Translations under genes and position numbers: made by a program | Source of the DNA: Eubacteriales bacterium | GTDB lineage: Bacteria > Bacillota > Clostridia > Oscillospirales > CAG-272 | Assembly: GCA_045638125.1 (NCBI GenBank) | Contig: JAZUAS010000085.1 | Span: 1-38,782 of the forward strand | DNA length: 38,782 nucleotides | Direction: 5' to 3' | Notes under the pieces: generated by a model | Databases searched by the model: none | Seen by the model: the letters and a program-made list of their open reading frames with translations, nothing else | Told to the model about the DNA's origin: nothing | Shown: positions 9,122 to 18,720 of the stretch, piece by piece | How positions within the stretch are numbered: position 1 is the first letter of the stretch | Layout: the number at the start of each line of letters is the position of its first letter

Positions 9122-10981
9122 ATGGGAAGAAAAATTTTTGAAGAAAAGAATTACAACGTTTCCGAGTGCGTTATTCCTTACGAGGAGTTCAAGCTCTTCT
9201 CGGACAGAAAAGAGGGCTTTTCTCTGAATCCGAGATACAAAGACAGAGCAATAGCCGAGGCAGAAAAGCTGCTTGGCAAAAAATACTCGGTGTTGACCGC
9301 CTCGGATTTTCTTATTTACACAAGGACGGGCAACCGATCGATATATCAGGACCAGTTCAATCCCCGCCGACTCGATCTTATTCAGCTGACCGTTGCCGAG
9401 GCTTATGAAAGAAAGGGAAGATTCGTAGATAAAATTCTCGACCTTGTTTGGATGATACTTGAGGAAAGCACCTGGGTGCTTCCCGCTCACATCAATCCCA
9501 ATCCCAACGATAAGACCCACTCGCTCCCTTATTCCTACGAGGGCGGACGCAACTATTCCGACCTTTACGTTGGAAACACGGGCGCGACCTTGACCTTTAC
9601 GTGGTATCTCCTTCGCGAGGAGTTTGACAAGATCTCTCCCGTTATAAACAAAAGAATAATCGAAAACCTCCGTGATAGAGTCATATATCCGTTTATTAAC
9701 CACTGGCACGAATTTCCATGGCTTGGCTACGGCCCCTACAACTGGTTAAATAACTGGTGTCCTCACATTGTAGCCGAGACACTTAACACCTGCGCTCTTG
9801 CCATTGACGACAAGGAGACGAGAGACAAGGTGGTAGAGATCGCTTTAATGGCTCTTGATAAGTTTACCGAGCTTTATTCTCCCGACGGCGCGTGCGACGA
9901 GGGCCCCGGATACTGGGAGGGAGCAGGAGGAGCGCTTTACGAGGCTTGTCTCGTGCTTTACGATATGACCGCGGGTAAGATAAACGCATTTGAGGACGTT
10001 CTTCTCAAGAGCATGGTAGAATATTTCCCGAGAATGTACGTTGCAAACGGTCATTTCCTCAATTATTCCGACGCTCACACGAAAACGAGCATAAATTTCC
10101 CGTGGGGCTACGATTGGGGTAAAATGTGTAACAGCGACCTTGTAATGAATTTCTGGGAGTTCAAAAGCGAGATCAGCGAGGATCTCGGCAAGGTCACGTT
10201 TTCAAGCTACTCCTGCTGGAGATATTACCGCGATCTTTGCGCTCCCGATCTTGCGAGACGCGATTTCAAGGCGGCGCTCAAGTCCTATTTCCCCAGCCTG
10301 CATCTGGCGGTCAGCCGCGAGAGCGAGATCCCCGAGGAGGGACTTTACCTCTCGATCAAGGGCGGACACAATTCGCTCAGCCACAACCATAACGATACCG
10401 GTGACTTTACGGTTTTCTGCGACGGCGAGCCGATATTCATAGATGCCGGAGTAGGCGACTACACCAGACGAACCTTTGATGCGAGCAGATATACAATCTG
10501 GTCGATGAACGGAGAGCATCACAACATTCCTACCATAAACGGGGTCTTCCAGAGCAACGGCAGAAGCTACGCCTCCAAGGACGCGGTTTACGACGAGCAG
10601 ACAGGCGGACTTTCGATCGACCTGACTGACGCATATCACGCAAGTGCCGCTATCGAGGAATACAGAAGAGAAGCGGTGATCAAAGACGGAAAAGCAGTCG
10701 TTACTGACGCTATAACCTCAAAAATCGACGGAGAGATCATTTTCAATCTGCTCACGATCTCCGAGCCCAAGCTTCTCGGCAAGGGCAAGGTGGAGGTCAA
10801 CGGAAAAATCGTGGATTTTGACCCCGCTCTTGACTTTTCCTTTGATATTCCCGATTGCACCTGGGAGGAAACTCGTGCGTTGCCCTCACAGTGGGGAATC
10901 GAGAAGTTTTACAGAATAAGACTTCGCGGCAGCCTTAAATCGGGAGAAAAGCATACGTTCGTGCTTGCCGTCAACAAGTGA
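9122..10981 (+). CDS. Heparinase II/III-like protein (polysaccharide lyase-type fold), paralog 1
   Basis: 619 aa; NNWCP, DEGPGYW, SHNHNDTGDF, DAGVGDY and HNIPTING motifs; no signal peptide. Confidence 0.8.
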   Translation: MGRKIFEEKNYNVSECVIPYEEFKLFSDRKEGFSLNPRYKDRAIAEAEKLLGKKYSVLTASDFLIYTRTGNRSIYQDQFNPRRLDLIQLTVAEAYERKGRFVDKILDLVWMILEESTWVLPAHINPNPNDKTHSLPYSYEGGRNYSDLYVGNTGATLTFTWYLLREEFDKISPVINKRIIENLRDRVIYPFINHWHEFPWLGYGPYNWLNNWCPHIVAETLNTCALAIDDKETRDKVVEIALMALDKFTELYSPDGACDEGPGYWEGAGGALYEACLVLYDMTAGKINAFEDVLLKSMVEYFPRMYVANGHFLNYSDAHTKTSINFPWGYDWGKMCNSDLVMNFWEFKSEISEDLGKVTFSSYSCWRYYRDLCAPDLARRDFKAALKSYFPSLHLAVSRESEIPEEGLYLSIKGGHNSLSHNHNDTGDFTVFCDGEPIFIDAGVGDYTRRTFDASRYTIWSMNGEHHNIPTINGVFQSNGRSYASKDAVYDEQTGGLSIDLTDAYHASAAIEEYRREAVIKDGKAVVTDAITSKIDGEIIFNLLTISEPKLLGKGKVEVNGKIVDFDPALDFSFDIPDCTWEETRALPSQWGIEKFYRIRLRGSLKSGEKHTFVLAVNK

Positions 10982-11012
10982 GAACTTTAGATTTTAAAAG
11001 AAAGGCAAAAAT

Positions 11013-12872
11013 ATGGGAAGAAGAATTTTTGCGGAATCAAATTATGATGTAAAATCTTTGGTGCTGCCCATCGAAGAATTTAAGCTCTTTTGCGACAGAG
11101 AAAACGGTTTTTCTCTCCGCGAGGACGGCCGCGATGCGGCAATAAAGAACGCCGAAGAGCTGCTTGATAAAAAATATCCTGCTATCACCGCCACCGATTA
11201 TCTTGTTCGCTTCAGAACGGGTGATAGAGCATATTTCGAGGATTTGTATTTCGAGCGCAGAAAGGATCTTTTAGCACTCATTCTTGCAGAGGTATATGAA
11301 AAGAGCGGAAGATTTACCGACAAGATACTTGATCTCGTCTGGATGCTTCTTGAGGAGAGCACTTGGGTCATTCCCGCTCACCTCAACCCCTCCCAGGCGG
11401 ATACCACACACAAGCTTCCCTATGCATACGAGAGTAAGAGAGACTACATAGATCTTTTCGCAGGCGCAACCGGCGCTATTATGGCATGGACATGGTATCT
11501 CTGCCGTGACGAATTTGAAAAGATATCTCCCGTTATAAATAAGAGAATTTTGGAACAGCTTCACGACAGAATTATCGTTCCGTTCACTGAGCACACCGAC
11601 ACTCTTGCGTGGATGGGCAACGGAAAATTCCATTGGATCAACAACTGGTGTCCTTGGGTAACGTCAAACGTGCTTACCGTGTGCGCGCTTACAACAAAGA
11701 ATCTTGACACGCGCCGCCGCGTAGTCGAGATCGCCTTTGAGGCCCTTGATAAATTCACGGACCGTTATGCCGAGGACGCGGCTTGCGATGAGGGCCCCGT
11801 ATATTGGGGGGCGGCTTGCGGCGCGCTTTATAACGCCTGCCTCGTGCTTTACGATATGTCGGGCGGCAGCATCAACGCTTTCCGTGATCCTTTGATGAAG
11901 AAGATGGGAGAATTCTATCCCAAGGCATACGTCTGCGAGGGAAGATTCCTTAATTTCTCAGATGCACGCAGTAAGCACTCCGTAACAAGCTCCTGGGGAT
12001 ACGATTGGGGAACACTCAGCGACAGCACTCTTATGAAGGATTTCTGGGAGTTTGCGTACAATGACGGCGCAGATCAAACCGACAGAGTGGAATTCAATAT
12101 GCCCTATCGCTTCTTCCGAATGCTGGGAGCAGATCCCATTCCTAAAAGAGACAGCTTTTTAGCGGAGAAAAACGTCTTTTTCCCAAGCCTTGATCTCTCT
12201 ATGTGCCGTGACGATACCGACCCTCAAAAGGGACTTTATCTCTCGCTCAAAGGTCACCACAATGCGGCAAGCCACAACCATCTTGACGTCGGCAACTTTG
12301 TAGTGTTCTGCGACGGAACGCCTATTTTCATCGATGCGGGCGTGGGAACATACACAGCGAGAACCTTTAACAACGAAAGATACACAATCTGGTCGATGAG
12401 ATCGGAATATCACAATCTGCCGACTATCAACGGAGTTGACCAGCGCCCCGGAAAAGTCTATGCGGCAAAGAACGCACAGTTTGACGAGCAAAGCGGCAAG
12501 CTGACTCTTGATCTGACGGGTGCTTATCCCGCAGAGGCGGAGATCTCCTCTTTTATCCGAAGCGCGGTAATCGAGGACGGCAAGGCTATAATTTGCGACA
12601 ACCTGGTCTCGGACAAGGATGGCAACGTAACCTTCAATCTGCTCTGCAACACAGAGCCCGAAAACATCGAGAAGGGAAGCTTTACCATTCACGGCAAGAC
12701 CGTGCAATTTGACGAGCGCCTTGCTCTTTCGGTAGACTCCCCCGATTGCTCATGGGTTGAGACGAAAAAGATCCCCACAAGCTGGGATTGCGAAAAATTA
12801 TACAGAATAAAGCTTTCCGCTTCTCTCAAGGCAAACGAGGCGAGCACTTTTACGCTTGCAGTAAGCAAATAA
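11013..12872 (+). CDS. Heparinase II/III-like protein, paralog 2
   Basis: 619 aa; NNWCP, DEGPVYW, SHNHLDVGNF, DAGVGTY and HNLPTING; colinear with the upstream paralog. Confidence 0.8.
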   Translation: MGRRIFAESNYDVKSLVLPIEEFKLFCDRENGFSLREDGRDAAIKNAEELLDKKYPAITATDYLVRFRTGDRAYFEDLYFERRKDLLALILAEVYEKSGRFTDKILDLVWMLLEESTWVIPAHLNPSQADTTHKLPYAYESKRDYIDLFAGATGAIMAWTWYLCRDEFEKISPVINKRILEQLHDRIIVPFTEHTDTLAWMGNGKFHWINNWCPWVTSNVLTVCALTTKNLDTRRRVVEIAFEALDKFTDRYAEDAACDEGPVYWGAACGALYNACLVLYDMSGGSINAFRDPLMKKMGEFYPKAYVCEGRFLNFSDARSKHSVTSSWGYDWGTLSDSTLMKDFWEFAYNDGADQTDRVEFNMPYRFFRMLGADPIPKRDSFLAEKNVFFPSLDLSMCRDDTDPQKGLYLSLKGHHNAASHNHLDVGNFVVFCDGTPIFIDAGVGTYTARTFNNERYTIWSMRSEYHNLPTINGVDQRPGKVYAAKNAQFDEQSGKLTLDLTGAYPAEAEISSFIRSAVIEDGKAIICDNLVSDKDGNVTFNLLCNTEPENIEKGSFTIHGKTVQFDERLALSVDSPDCSWVETKKIPTSWDCEKLYRIKLSASLKANEASTFTLAVSK

Positions 12873-12896
12873 AAGCAAAAATAAGTCTCTATATAA

Positions 12897-12926
12897 CGAA
12901 ACACCCCCGACATCGGGGGTGTTTCG
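12897..12926. terminator. Terminator hairpin between convergent genes
   Basis: CGAAACACCCCCGA-CA-TCGGGGGTGTTTCG perfect inverted repeat. Confidence 0.8.
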
Positions 12927-12928
12927 CT

Positions 12929-13939
12929 TTATTTGTTCTTATATTCTTGATTTTGAGGTTTATTTTTAGATTTATTCGACTTTTTCCCGAATATATTTAT
13001 GAGCAAGACTGCAACTCCCGCCGCAAAACCGCCGATAACAAGAATTACTCCGGCTATTTCTCCTGCCGAAACGGTTGCCCATGGCAGATCTCTCCAGACG
13101 GGACGTATCTGCGCTCCGCTCTTTGCCGCGTCAAAGTGCTTGTCAAGTGACGTTATTTCCCAAGAATTGTTAGATACGTCCTGCCAACCCCAGAAATATT
13201 TTTCCTCTGTGTTTACATACCTCGGGAGAGCGTATCCTACTATGTAGTCACTGTCAAGGGGATAGGATTTTACCGCAACGCAATCTCCGACGGACGGAGA
13301 CCCCATGCTCCTATTGGCGTTTCCCTCGATTGTGTAGACGTTATTTTCGTCCGAAAAAAGAACTATGCCAACGTGGGAAGAATCCACCTTGATGCTTGGG
13401 TCGTTTATGTCCTTGAAAAATATTATGTCTCCCATCTGCGGCTGATACCCTTGCTTTTCTCGGTAAATTCCACTTTCAATACACGCTCTGCGCCACTGCC
13501 AGCAGCTTCGGTAGGTTGCTGCACCTGTCTGTCCGCTCTGCTCCTCGCTGACTCCTGCGTGACGCAAACACCAAGTAGCAAAGCTGGCGCACCAAGAATA
13601 TCCGTAGCTTACGCCGTTGCCTTGACCGTTATCAAGCTTTCCAAACATGAGGTTATATTCAACGTAATCACGGCTTCCCGTGTCAAGTGCTCCGCCAAAA
13701 TCATTGTCACTGTCGCCCTCGTGGTAGCCAAGCTGGGATAGCGCCACCGCAACCACGTCGATGGCCTGATCGCCGCCCAAGGGAACGTCCTTCAGATTTT
13801 CGTAATATTTACTGCTTTTATACGCCTCTGACATCTCGTATAGGTCACCTGTTGCTTGCGCGTCGGGAGCAAGAAGACCCGAGATGCCCAAAGAGATACA
13901 GAGCGCCGCCACTGCCGCGGCGATCTTTTTTATATCCAT
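12929..13939 (-). CDS. Secreted, C-terminally membrane-anchored CHAP-domain amidase/peptidase
   Basis: Start reassigned to MDIKK (13939, RBS GGAG); signal peptide; SWCASFATWC and SHVGIV...YTIEGN CHAP motifs; C-terminal TM helix followed by a basic tail. Confidence 0.82.
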   Translation of the reverse strand: MDIKKIAAAVAALCISLGISGLLAPDAQATGDLYEMSEAYKSSKYYENLKDVPLGGDQAIDVVAVALSQLGYHEGDSDNDFGGALDTGSRDYVEYNLMFGKLDNGQGNGVSYGYSWCASFATWCLRHAGVSEEQSGQTGAATYRSCWQWRRACIESGIYREKQGYQPQMGDIIFFKDINDPSIKVDSSHVGIVLFSDENNVYTIEGNANRSMGSPSVGDCVAVKSYPLDSDYIVGYALPRYVNTEEKYFWGWQDVSNNSWEITSLDKHFDAAKSGAQIRPVWRDLPWATVSAGEIAGVILVIGGFAAGVAVLLINIFGKKSNKSKNKPQNQEYKNK

Positions 13940-13984
13940 TCTTTTTCTCCAAACAGTTAAATAGCTATTTGCCCATGTGTTTTT

Positions 13985-14013
13985 ATTATACCATTTTTGC
14001 ATTTTCTTGTCAA
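13985..14013 (-). promoter_or_regulatory. sigma-A promoter for the CHAP gene
   Basis: Minus strand TTGACA-N17-TATAAT with extended -10 TG. Confidence 0.8.
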
Positions 14014-14133
14014 TAAAATAAGAGCCTTCATGTAAAGTAAAATTTTCTCACTAATTAATATGCTCGTCCTGCCCGATAATAGTAGTAAAACCAAAAAGTT
14101 TCGCATTTTTTTGCGAAGGACAGGAGGATTTTT

Positions 14134-15213
14134 ATGAAAAAAATAATCAGTTATATATTGATCGCTTGCACCCTTTTGAGTCTACCGATATTTACCGTAT
14201 CCTGCACTCTGGGTGGCGGTCAGGCAGACGTTCACGTCTTTTACTACACTTATAGCGATCCCTTTATTTCAAACGTGAGACAGTCTATGGACAAGATGCT
14301 CAAGGACGCAGGAGTGAGCTTCCAGGATTACGACGGCAACGGCAACCAGACCACCCAGACCGAGCAGATCCAAACCGCCATCACGGCAGGTGCCAAGGCT
14401 ATTATAGTTAATATAGTAAACACAGGCTCCGACGACGCGGCGAACGGTATCGTGTCGCTGGCAAAGAATGCGGGAATACCCGTCATTTTCTTTAACCGCG
14501 AGGTTTCCGACGCAGTAGTCAAGAGCTACGATAAGTGCGCCTTTGTTGGAACAGACGCCAAGGAGGCAGGTATTCTTCAAGGACAGATGATCGGAGAATA
14601 CGTGTCTAAAAACTTCTCTCAAATAGACATCAACGGTGACGGCAAGATCTCTTACGTCCTTTTTAAGGGCGAGGAGGGCAACAACGAGGCGATATACAGA
14701 ACGCAGTACAGCGTTGAGGAAGCAAACAAAATACTCACCCGTGACGGCAAGAGCAATCTCGTCTTTTACGACGCGGGCAACCCCAACAAATACCTCGTTG
14801 ACCGAAACGGTCAGTGGTCCGCGGCGGCAGCTAACGAATATATGACCACGGCGCTGACATCGTTCAACGAAAACAAGGGAAATATGATAGAGCTTGTTAT
14901 CTGCAACAACGACGGAATGGCAGAGGGCGCTATTTCGGCACTCAACTCCGCAGGATATAATACAGGTGCGGAAAAGAGCCGTCAAATTCCGGTTTTCGGC
15001 GTTGACGCCACCGCGGCGGCGGTCGATCTTATAAGCAAGGGCAAGATGACGGGTACTATCAAGCAGGATTCGGCAGGTCTTGCTGAGGCGGTGACCAAGA
15101 TCGCGGCAAACTCTCTTACAGAGGGCAAAGCCATGAGCGACGGTCTTGAAAAGTACAACGTAGACGAAAACGTTTTCAAGGTAAGAATACCTTATTCCCA
15201 GTATCTGGGATAA
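14134..15213 (+). CDS. mglB: Galactose/glucose (methyl-galactoside) ABC transporter substrate-binding lipoprotein
   Basis: Lipobox-like TVSC, IPVIFFNRE, DINGDGK Ca-binding loop, CNNDGMAEGA, VFGVD and MTGTIKQD; RBS AGGAGG. Confidence 0.88.
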   Translation: MKKIISYILIACTLLSLPIFTVSCTLGGGQADVHVFYYTYSDPFISNVRQSMDKMLKDAGVSFQDYDGNGNQTTQTEQIQTAITAGAKAIIVNIVNTGSDDAANGIVSLAKNAGIPVIFFNREVSDAVVKSYDKCAFVGTDAKEAGILQGQMIGEYVSKNFSQIDINGDGKISYVLFKGEEGNNEAIYRTQYSVEEANKILTRDGKSNLVFYDAGNPNKYLVDRNGQWSAAAANEYMTTALTSFNENKGNMIELVICNNDGMAEGAISALNSAGYNTGAEKSRQIPVFGVDATAAAVDLISKGKMTGTIKQDSAGLAEAVTKIAANSLTEGKAMSDGLEKYNVDENVFKVRIPYSQYLG

Positions 15214-15239
15214 AAAATACCGAGGGGCAGGACGTAAGT

Positions 15240-16742
15240 ATGCAGAAAAGATCAGATATTTTGCTGGAAATGAAGAATATATCCAAGAGCTTTCCGGGTG
15301 TCAAGGCGTTGGATAACGTTTCGCTGACGGTGAGACGCGGAACCGTCCACGCGCTGATGGGTGAGAACGGAGCAGGAAAAAGCACGCTTATGAAATGTCT
15401 TTTCGGCATAAATTCGGGGTTTAGCGGAGAGATATTTCTTGAGGGCAGAAAAGTTGCCTTCAAGAACCCCAAGGACGCTCTTGAAAACGGCGTGGCTATG
15501 GTGCATCAAGAGCTGAATCAGGCGACAAAGCGCAACGTCATGGACAACATCTGGCTTGGCAGATACCCCACAAAGCTTGGCTTTATAACGTCCGAGAGGG
15601 AGATGTATCGAAGAACCAAGAAGATCTTTGATTCCCTTGGCATCTCTACCGATCCCCGAAAAATCATGAGCCGAATGTCGGTGGCAGAGAGACAGATGGT
15701 CGAGATCGCCAAGGCGGTGTCCTACGACGCGAAGATAATCGTGCTTGACGAGCCGACAAGCTCGCTGACCGAGCGCGAGGTCGGTCATCTTTTTGAAATA
15801 ATCGACACTCTGAAAAAACGCGGTTGCGGAATCATCTATATCTCACACAAGATGGACGAGATCCTGAAAATATCCGACGAGATCACGGTAATGCGCGACG
15901 GAAAGCATATCGCCACAGAGACGGCGGGGGACATGACTATGGAAAAGATAATCAAGCTTATGGTGGGCAGGGAGCTGACCCAGATGTTCCCCGAAAAGAC
16001 GAATTCGCCGGGAGACGTTCTTTTGCAAGTGGAAAATCTTTCCTCAAAGCATAATCACGTTGAGGACGTAAGCTTTTTCATTCGTCGCGGCGAGATCGTC
16101 GGCTTGGCAGGTCTTGCGGGAGCGGGACGAACCGAGGTCATCGAAAATCTTTTCGGCATATCCGAGCGTCTTGGCGGAAAGCTGTATCTTGACGGAAAAG
16201 AGATCAGAAACCGCACCCCACGCGAGGCTATCCGAAACGGATTTGCTCTCTTGACCGAGGAAAGACGCGCTACGGGCATCTTCGGCAACCTCGACATTAG
16301 GGAAAACACAACAATATCGAGTCTTCGCAAGCATTTGAAGCTTGGAGTGCTGTCCGAGAGATCGCGCCGCCGCGACACCGCTTGGTCTATCGGCGCGATG
16401 AATATCAAAACCGCGTCTCAGGAGACGGAAATAAGGCTTTTGTCGGGCGGAAATCAGCAAAAGGTGATCCTCGGCAGATGGCTTTTGACCGAGCCCGAGA
16501 TATTGATGCTTGACGAGCCGACCAGAGGCATCGACGTAGGCGCGAAGTTTGAGATCTATCAGCTTATCGACTCGCTCGCCGCCAAAGGTAAGGCGGTGAT
16601 AGTCGTGTCGGGCGAGCTGCCCGAGCTGCTCGGCATCTGCGACCGAATCTACGTTATGTCGGGCGGCAAAATAGCCGGCGAGGTGGCAGCCCGGGACACA
16701 ACCCAAGAGGAGATTATGACTTTAGCGGCGAAGTACGTCTAA
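15240..16742 (+). CDS. mglA: Sugar ABC transporter ATP-binding protein (fused double NBD)
   Basis: GENGAGKST, MVHQELN, LDEPTSSL, LSGGNQQKV and DEPTRGIDVGAK motifs. Confidence 0.92.
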   Translation: MQKRSDILLEMKNISKSFPGVKALDNVSLTVRRGTVHALMGENGAGKSTLMKCLFGINSGFSGEIFLEGRKVAFKNPKDALENGVAMVHQELNQATKRNVMDNIWLGRYPTKLGFITSEREMYRRTKKIFDSLGISTDPRKIMSRMSVAERQMVEIAKAVSYDAKIIVLDEPTSSLTEREVGHLFEIIDTLKKRGCGIIYISHKMDEILKISDEITVMRDGKHIATETAGDMTMEKIIKLMVGRELTQMFPEKTNSPGDVLLQVENLSSKHNHVEDVSFFIRRGEIVGLAGLAGAGRTEVIENLFGISERLGGKLYLDGKEIRNRTPREAIRNGFALLTEERRATGIFGNLDIRENTTISSLRKHLKLGVLSERSRRRDTAWSIGAMNIKTASQETEIRLLSGGNQQKVILGRWLLTEPEILMLDEPTRGIDVGAKFEIYQLIDSLAAKGKAVIVVSGELPELLGICDRIYVMSGGKIAGEVAARDTTQEEIMTLAAKYV

Positions 16743-16778
16743 GGAAAGCGTGCGAGAACCTTGTTTTAAAGTTTTTGC

Positions 16779-16930
16779 GTCTCTTTTTCCAAAAAGAGAC
16801 CGCCGATCCAAGGGCGCGGAGCCCTTGGTCGCTCGTCGCAACGAGCGAAACTCCTTTTACCCTTTCCAAGCGCCCGAGGGGTGAATTTTCGCCTTCGGCG
16901 AAAAGAGGGGAACCACAAGTGGGGTTCCCC
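16779..16930. repeat. Multi-hairpin palindromic (REP/MITE-like) element inside the mgl operon
   Basis: Five consecutive inverted repeats: 16779-16800, 16808-16828, 16829-16848, 16886-16904, 16907-16930. Confidence 0.7.
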
Positions 16931-16994
16931 TTATGGTAGCATAAACTAAACTCTACCCACTACACATAAAACAACAAAAACGGAAGGTATCATT

Positions 16995-18044
16995 ATGACG
17001 TTACTGAAAAATTTCAAGAATGCCGACGCGCGCGAAAAAAGGGCGATCGTCAAGGAATTTCTGATAAACAACTCGCTCTATATTTTCCTTATCGCGGCGG
17101 TCGTGGTAATACAATTCTTACGCCCGCACTTTTTGTCCGCGGCGTCGATCGTCAATATCATTTCGCTCTCGGCGGCTAACCTACCTATCGCCCTGGGTAT
17201 CGCGGGAGCTATCATTCTGACGGGAACCGACCTGTCGGCAGGCCGTATCGTAGGTCTTGTCGCCTGCGTCTGCGCGTCTCTGCTTCAGGCAACGGGATAT
17301 GCGGGAAAGATGTTTCCGTCTCTTGCCGCTCTGCCTCTGCCTCTGGTTTTACTGATCGCCCTTGCAATAGGCGCGATCATCGGACTTATAAACGGCTTCT
17401 GCACGGCAAAATTCCACCTGCACCCCTTTATCGTCACACTTTCCACTCAACTGATCGCCTACGGCGCGCTTTTGATGTATCTGAATATCGGAAACAACAA
17501 TGGTCAGTCGATATCGGGGCTTGACCCGTCCTACACAAGCTTTATAAACGGAAGTATTCTGTCGATCGGAAAGACACCGATCCCAAATTTCGTCTGGTAC
17601 TCGCTTGCTCTTACGGCAGTAATTTGGTTTATCTGGAATAAGACAACCTTTGGTAAGAATATGTTTGCAGTAGGATCGAATCCCGACGCGGCAAACGTCT
17701 CGGGCGTTAACGTAAAGCGAGTTATTATGCTTGTCTTTATGCTCGCGGGTATTATGTACGGTGTTACGGGCTTTATCGAGGCGGCGCGAATCGGATCCAA
17801 CTCGGCGGCGACGGGACTAAACTACGAGCTTGACGCTATCGCCGCAAGCGTTATCGGCGGCGTGTCATTCGTCGGCGGTATCGGCTCGGTCGGCGGCGTT
17901 ATCGTGGGTGTCGTGCTTTTGCGACTTATCTTCGTCGGTCTTACCGCACTGAATATCGACGCCAACATGCAGTATATCATCAAGGGTCTTATCATTCTTA
18001 TCGCCTGCGCAGTGGATATGAGAAAATATCTTGTGAGAAAATGA
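16995..18044 (+). CDS. mglC: Galactoside ABC transporter permease
   Basis: GTDLSAGR, LHPFIVTL, FGKNMFAVGSN..AANVSGVNV and YELDAIAASVIGGVSF motifs. Confidence 0.92.
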   Translation: MTLLKNFKNADAREKRAIVKEFLINNSLYIFLIAAVVVIQFLRPHFLSAASIVNIISLSAANLPIALGIAGAIILTGTDLSAGRIVGLVACVCASLLQATGYAGKMFPSLAALPLPLVLLIALAIGAIIGLINGFCTAKFHLHPFIVTLSTQLIAYGALLMYLNIGNNNGQSISGLDPSYTSFINGSILSIGKTPIPNFVWYSLALTAVIWFIWNKTTFGKNMFAVGSNPDAANVSGVNVKRVIMLVFMLAGIMYGVTGFIEAARIGSNSAATGLNYELDAIAASVIGGVSFVGGIGSVGGVIVGVVLLRLIFVGLTALNIDANMQYIIKGLIILIACAVDMRKYLVRK

Positions 18045-18051
18045 TTTTTGA

Positions 18052-18183
18052 TCAGCCGTTCGGCTGAAAAGGGAGCTAGCGTGAAAGTCACTTCCCACTT
18101 GTAGGTAATTTAACTGTTTCACGCGCGAATTTTGCCCTCTGGCAAAATTCATCGATTGCTATTTGTGCCGCCGTCAGCGGCGG
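18052..18183. repeat. Cluster of palindromes (REP-like) downstream of mglC
   Basis: TCAGCCG-TT-CGGCTGA; GCGTGAAA...TTTCACGC; GAATTTTGCC-CTCT-GGCAAAATTC; CCGCCG-TCAG-CGGCGG. Confidence 0.55.
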
Positions 18184-18381
18184 AATGGAGATTTTATGAA
18201 AGATTTTAAGAAAAGAAACATTTATGAAAACGTGAAAATAAGCGTGCGCGGTGTAACTGCCTTTATTTTTGGCGGCTTGCTTTTGCTGGCAACGGTGTTC
18301 GTTATCGCGGTAGTCGGCACGTTTTAAAAACGGCTTTGGAACGGGCTGCATTATTGACGTTTGAGTTGTAAAATATGCGTG

Positions 18382-18426
18382 AAAAAAGCTTCACCAAAAG
18401 GGATATTCCCTCGGTGAAGCTTTTTT
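18382..18426. terminator. Bidirectional terminator at the left edge of the Rhs island
   Basis: AAAAAAGCTTCACC...GGTGAAGCTTTTTT. Confidence 0.8.
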
Positions 18427-18452
18427 GTTTTGCGATGCGATAATTTTATGCT

Positions 18453-18560
18453 CTATACGTTGGTCTTTCCGTTATAGGTGTTGTAAGTATAAGTGGCAAG
18501 GGTATTATCTACCGCCTTTATCGACTCCGTTTTCCCATAGTTATCATAAGTATATAGTTG
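18453..18560 (-). pseudogene. Rhs/YD-repeat remnant
   Basis: Hand translation of the minus strand gives YTYDNYGKTESIKAVDNTLATYTYNTYNGKTNV*; no start codon. Confidence 0.7.
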
Positions 18561-18571
18561 GCTAAAACAAG

Positions 18572-18603
18572 AGGAGGAGCAGGGAATTAACTCTGCTCCT
18601 CCT
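18572..18603 (-). terminator. Hairpin / probable terminator after the last immunity gene
   Basis: AGGAGGAGCAG...CTGCTCCTCCT inverted repeat followed on the minus strand by CTTGTTTT. Confidence 0.6.
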
Positions 18604-18720
18604 AGAATACAAATGATTCTTTAATTGGTAGATTATTTTAACATAATCTTATTGATATTAACACCTAAGAATACTAGCCAATCCACAAGAGACGCAAATA
18701 ATCATGAACAATAAATACTT

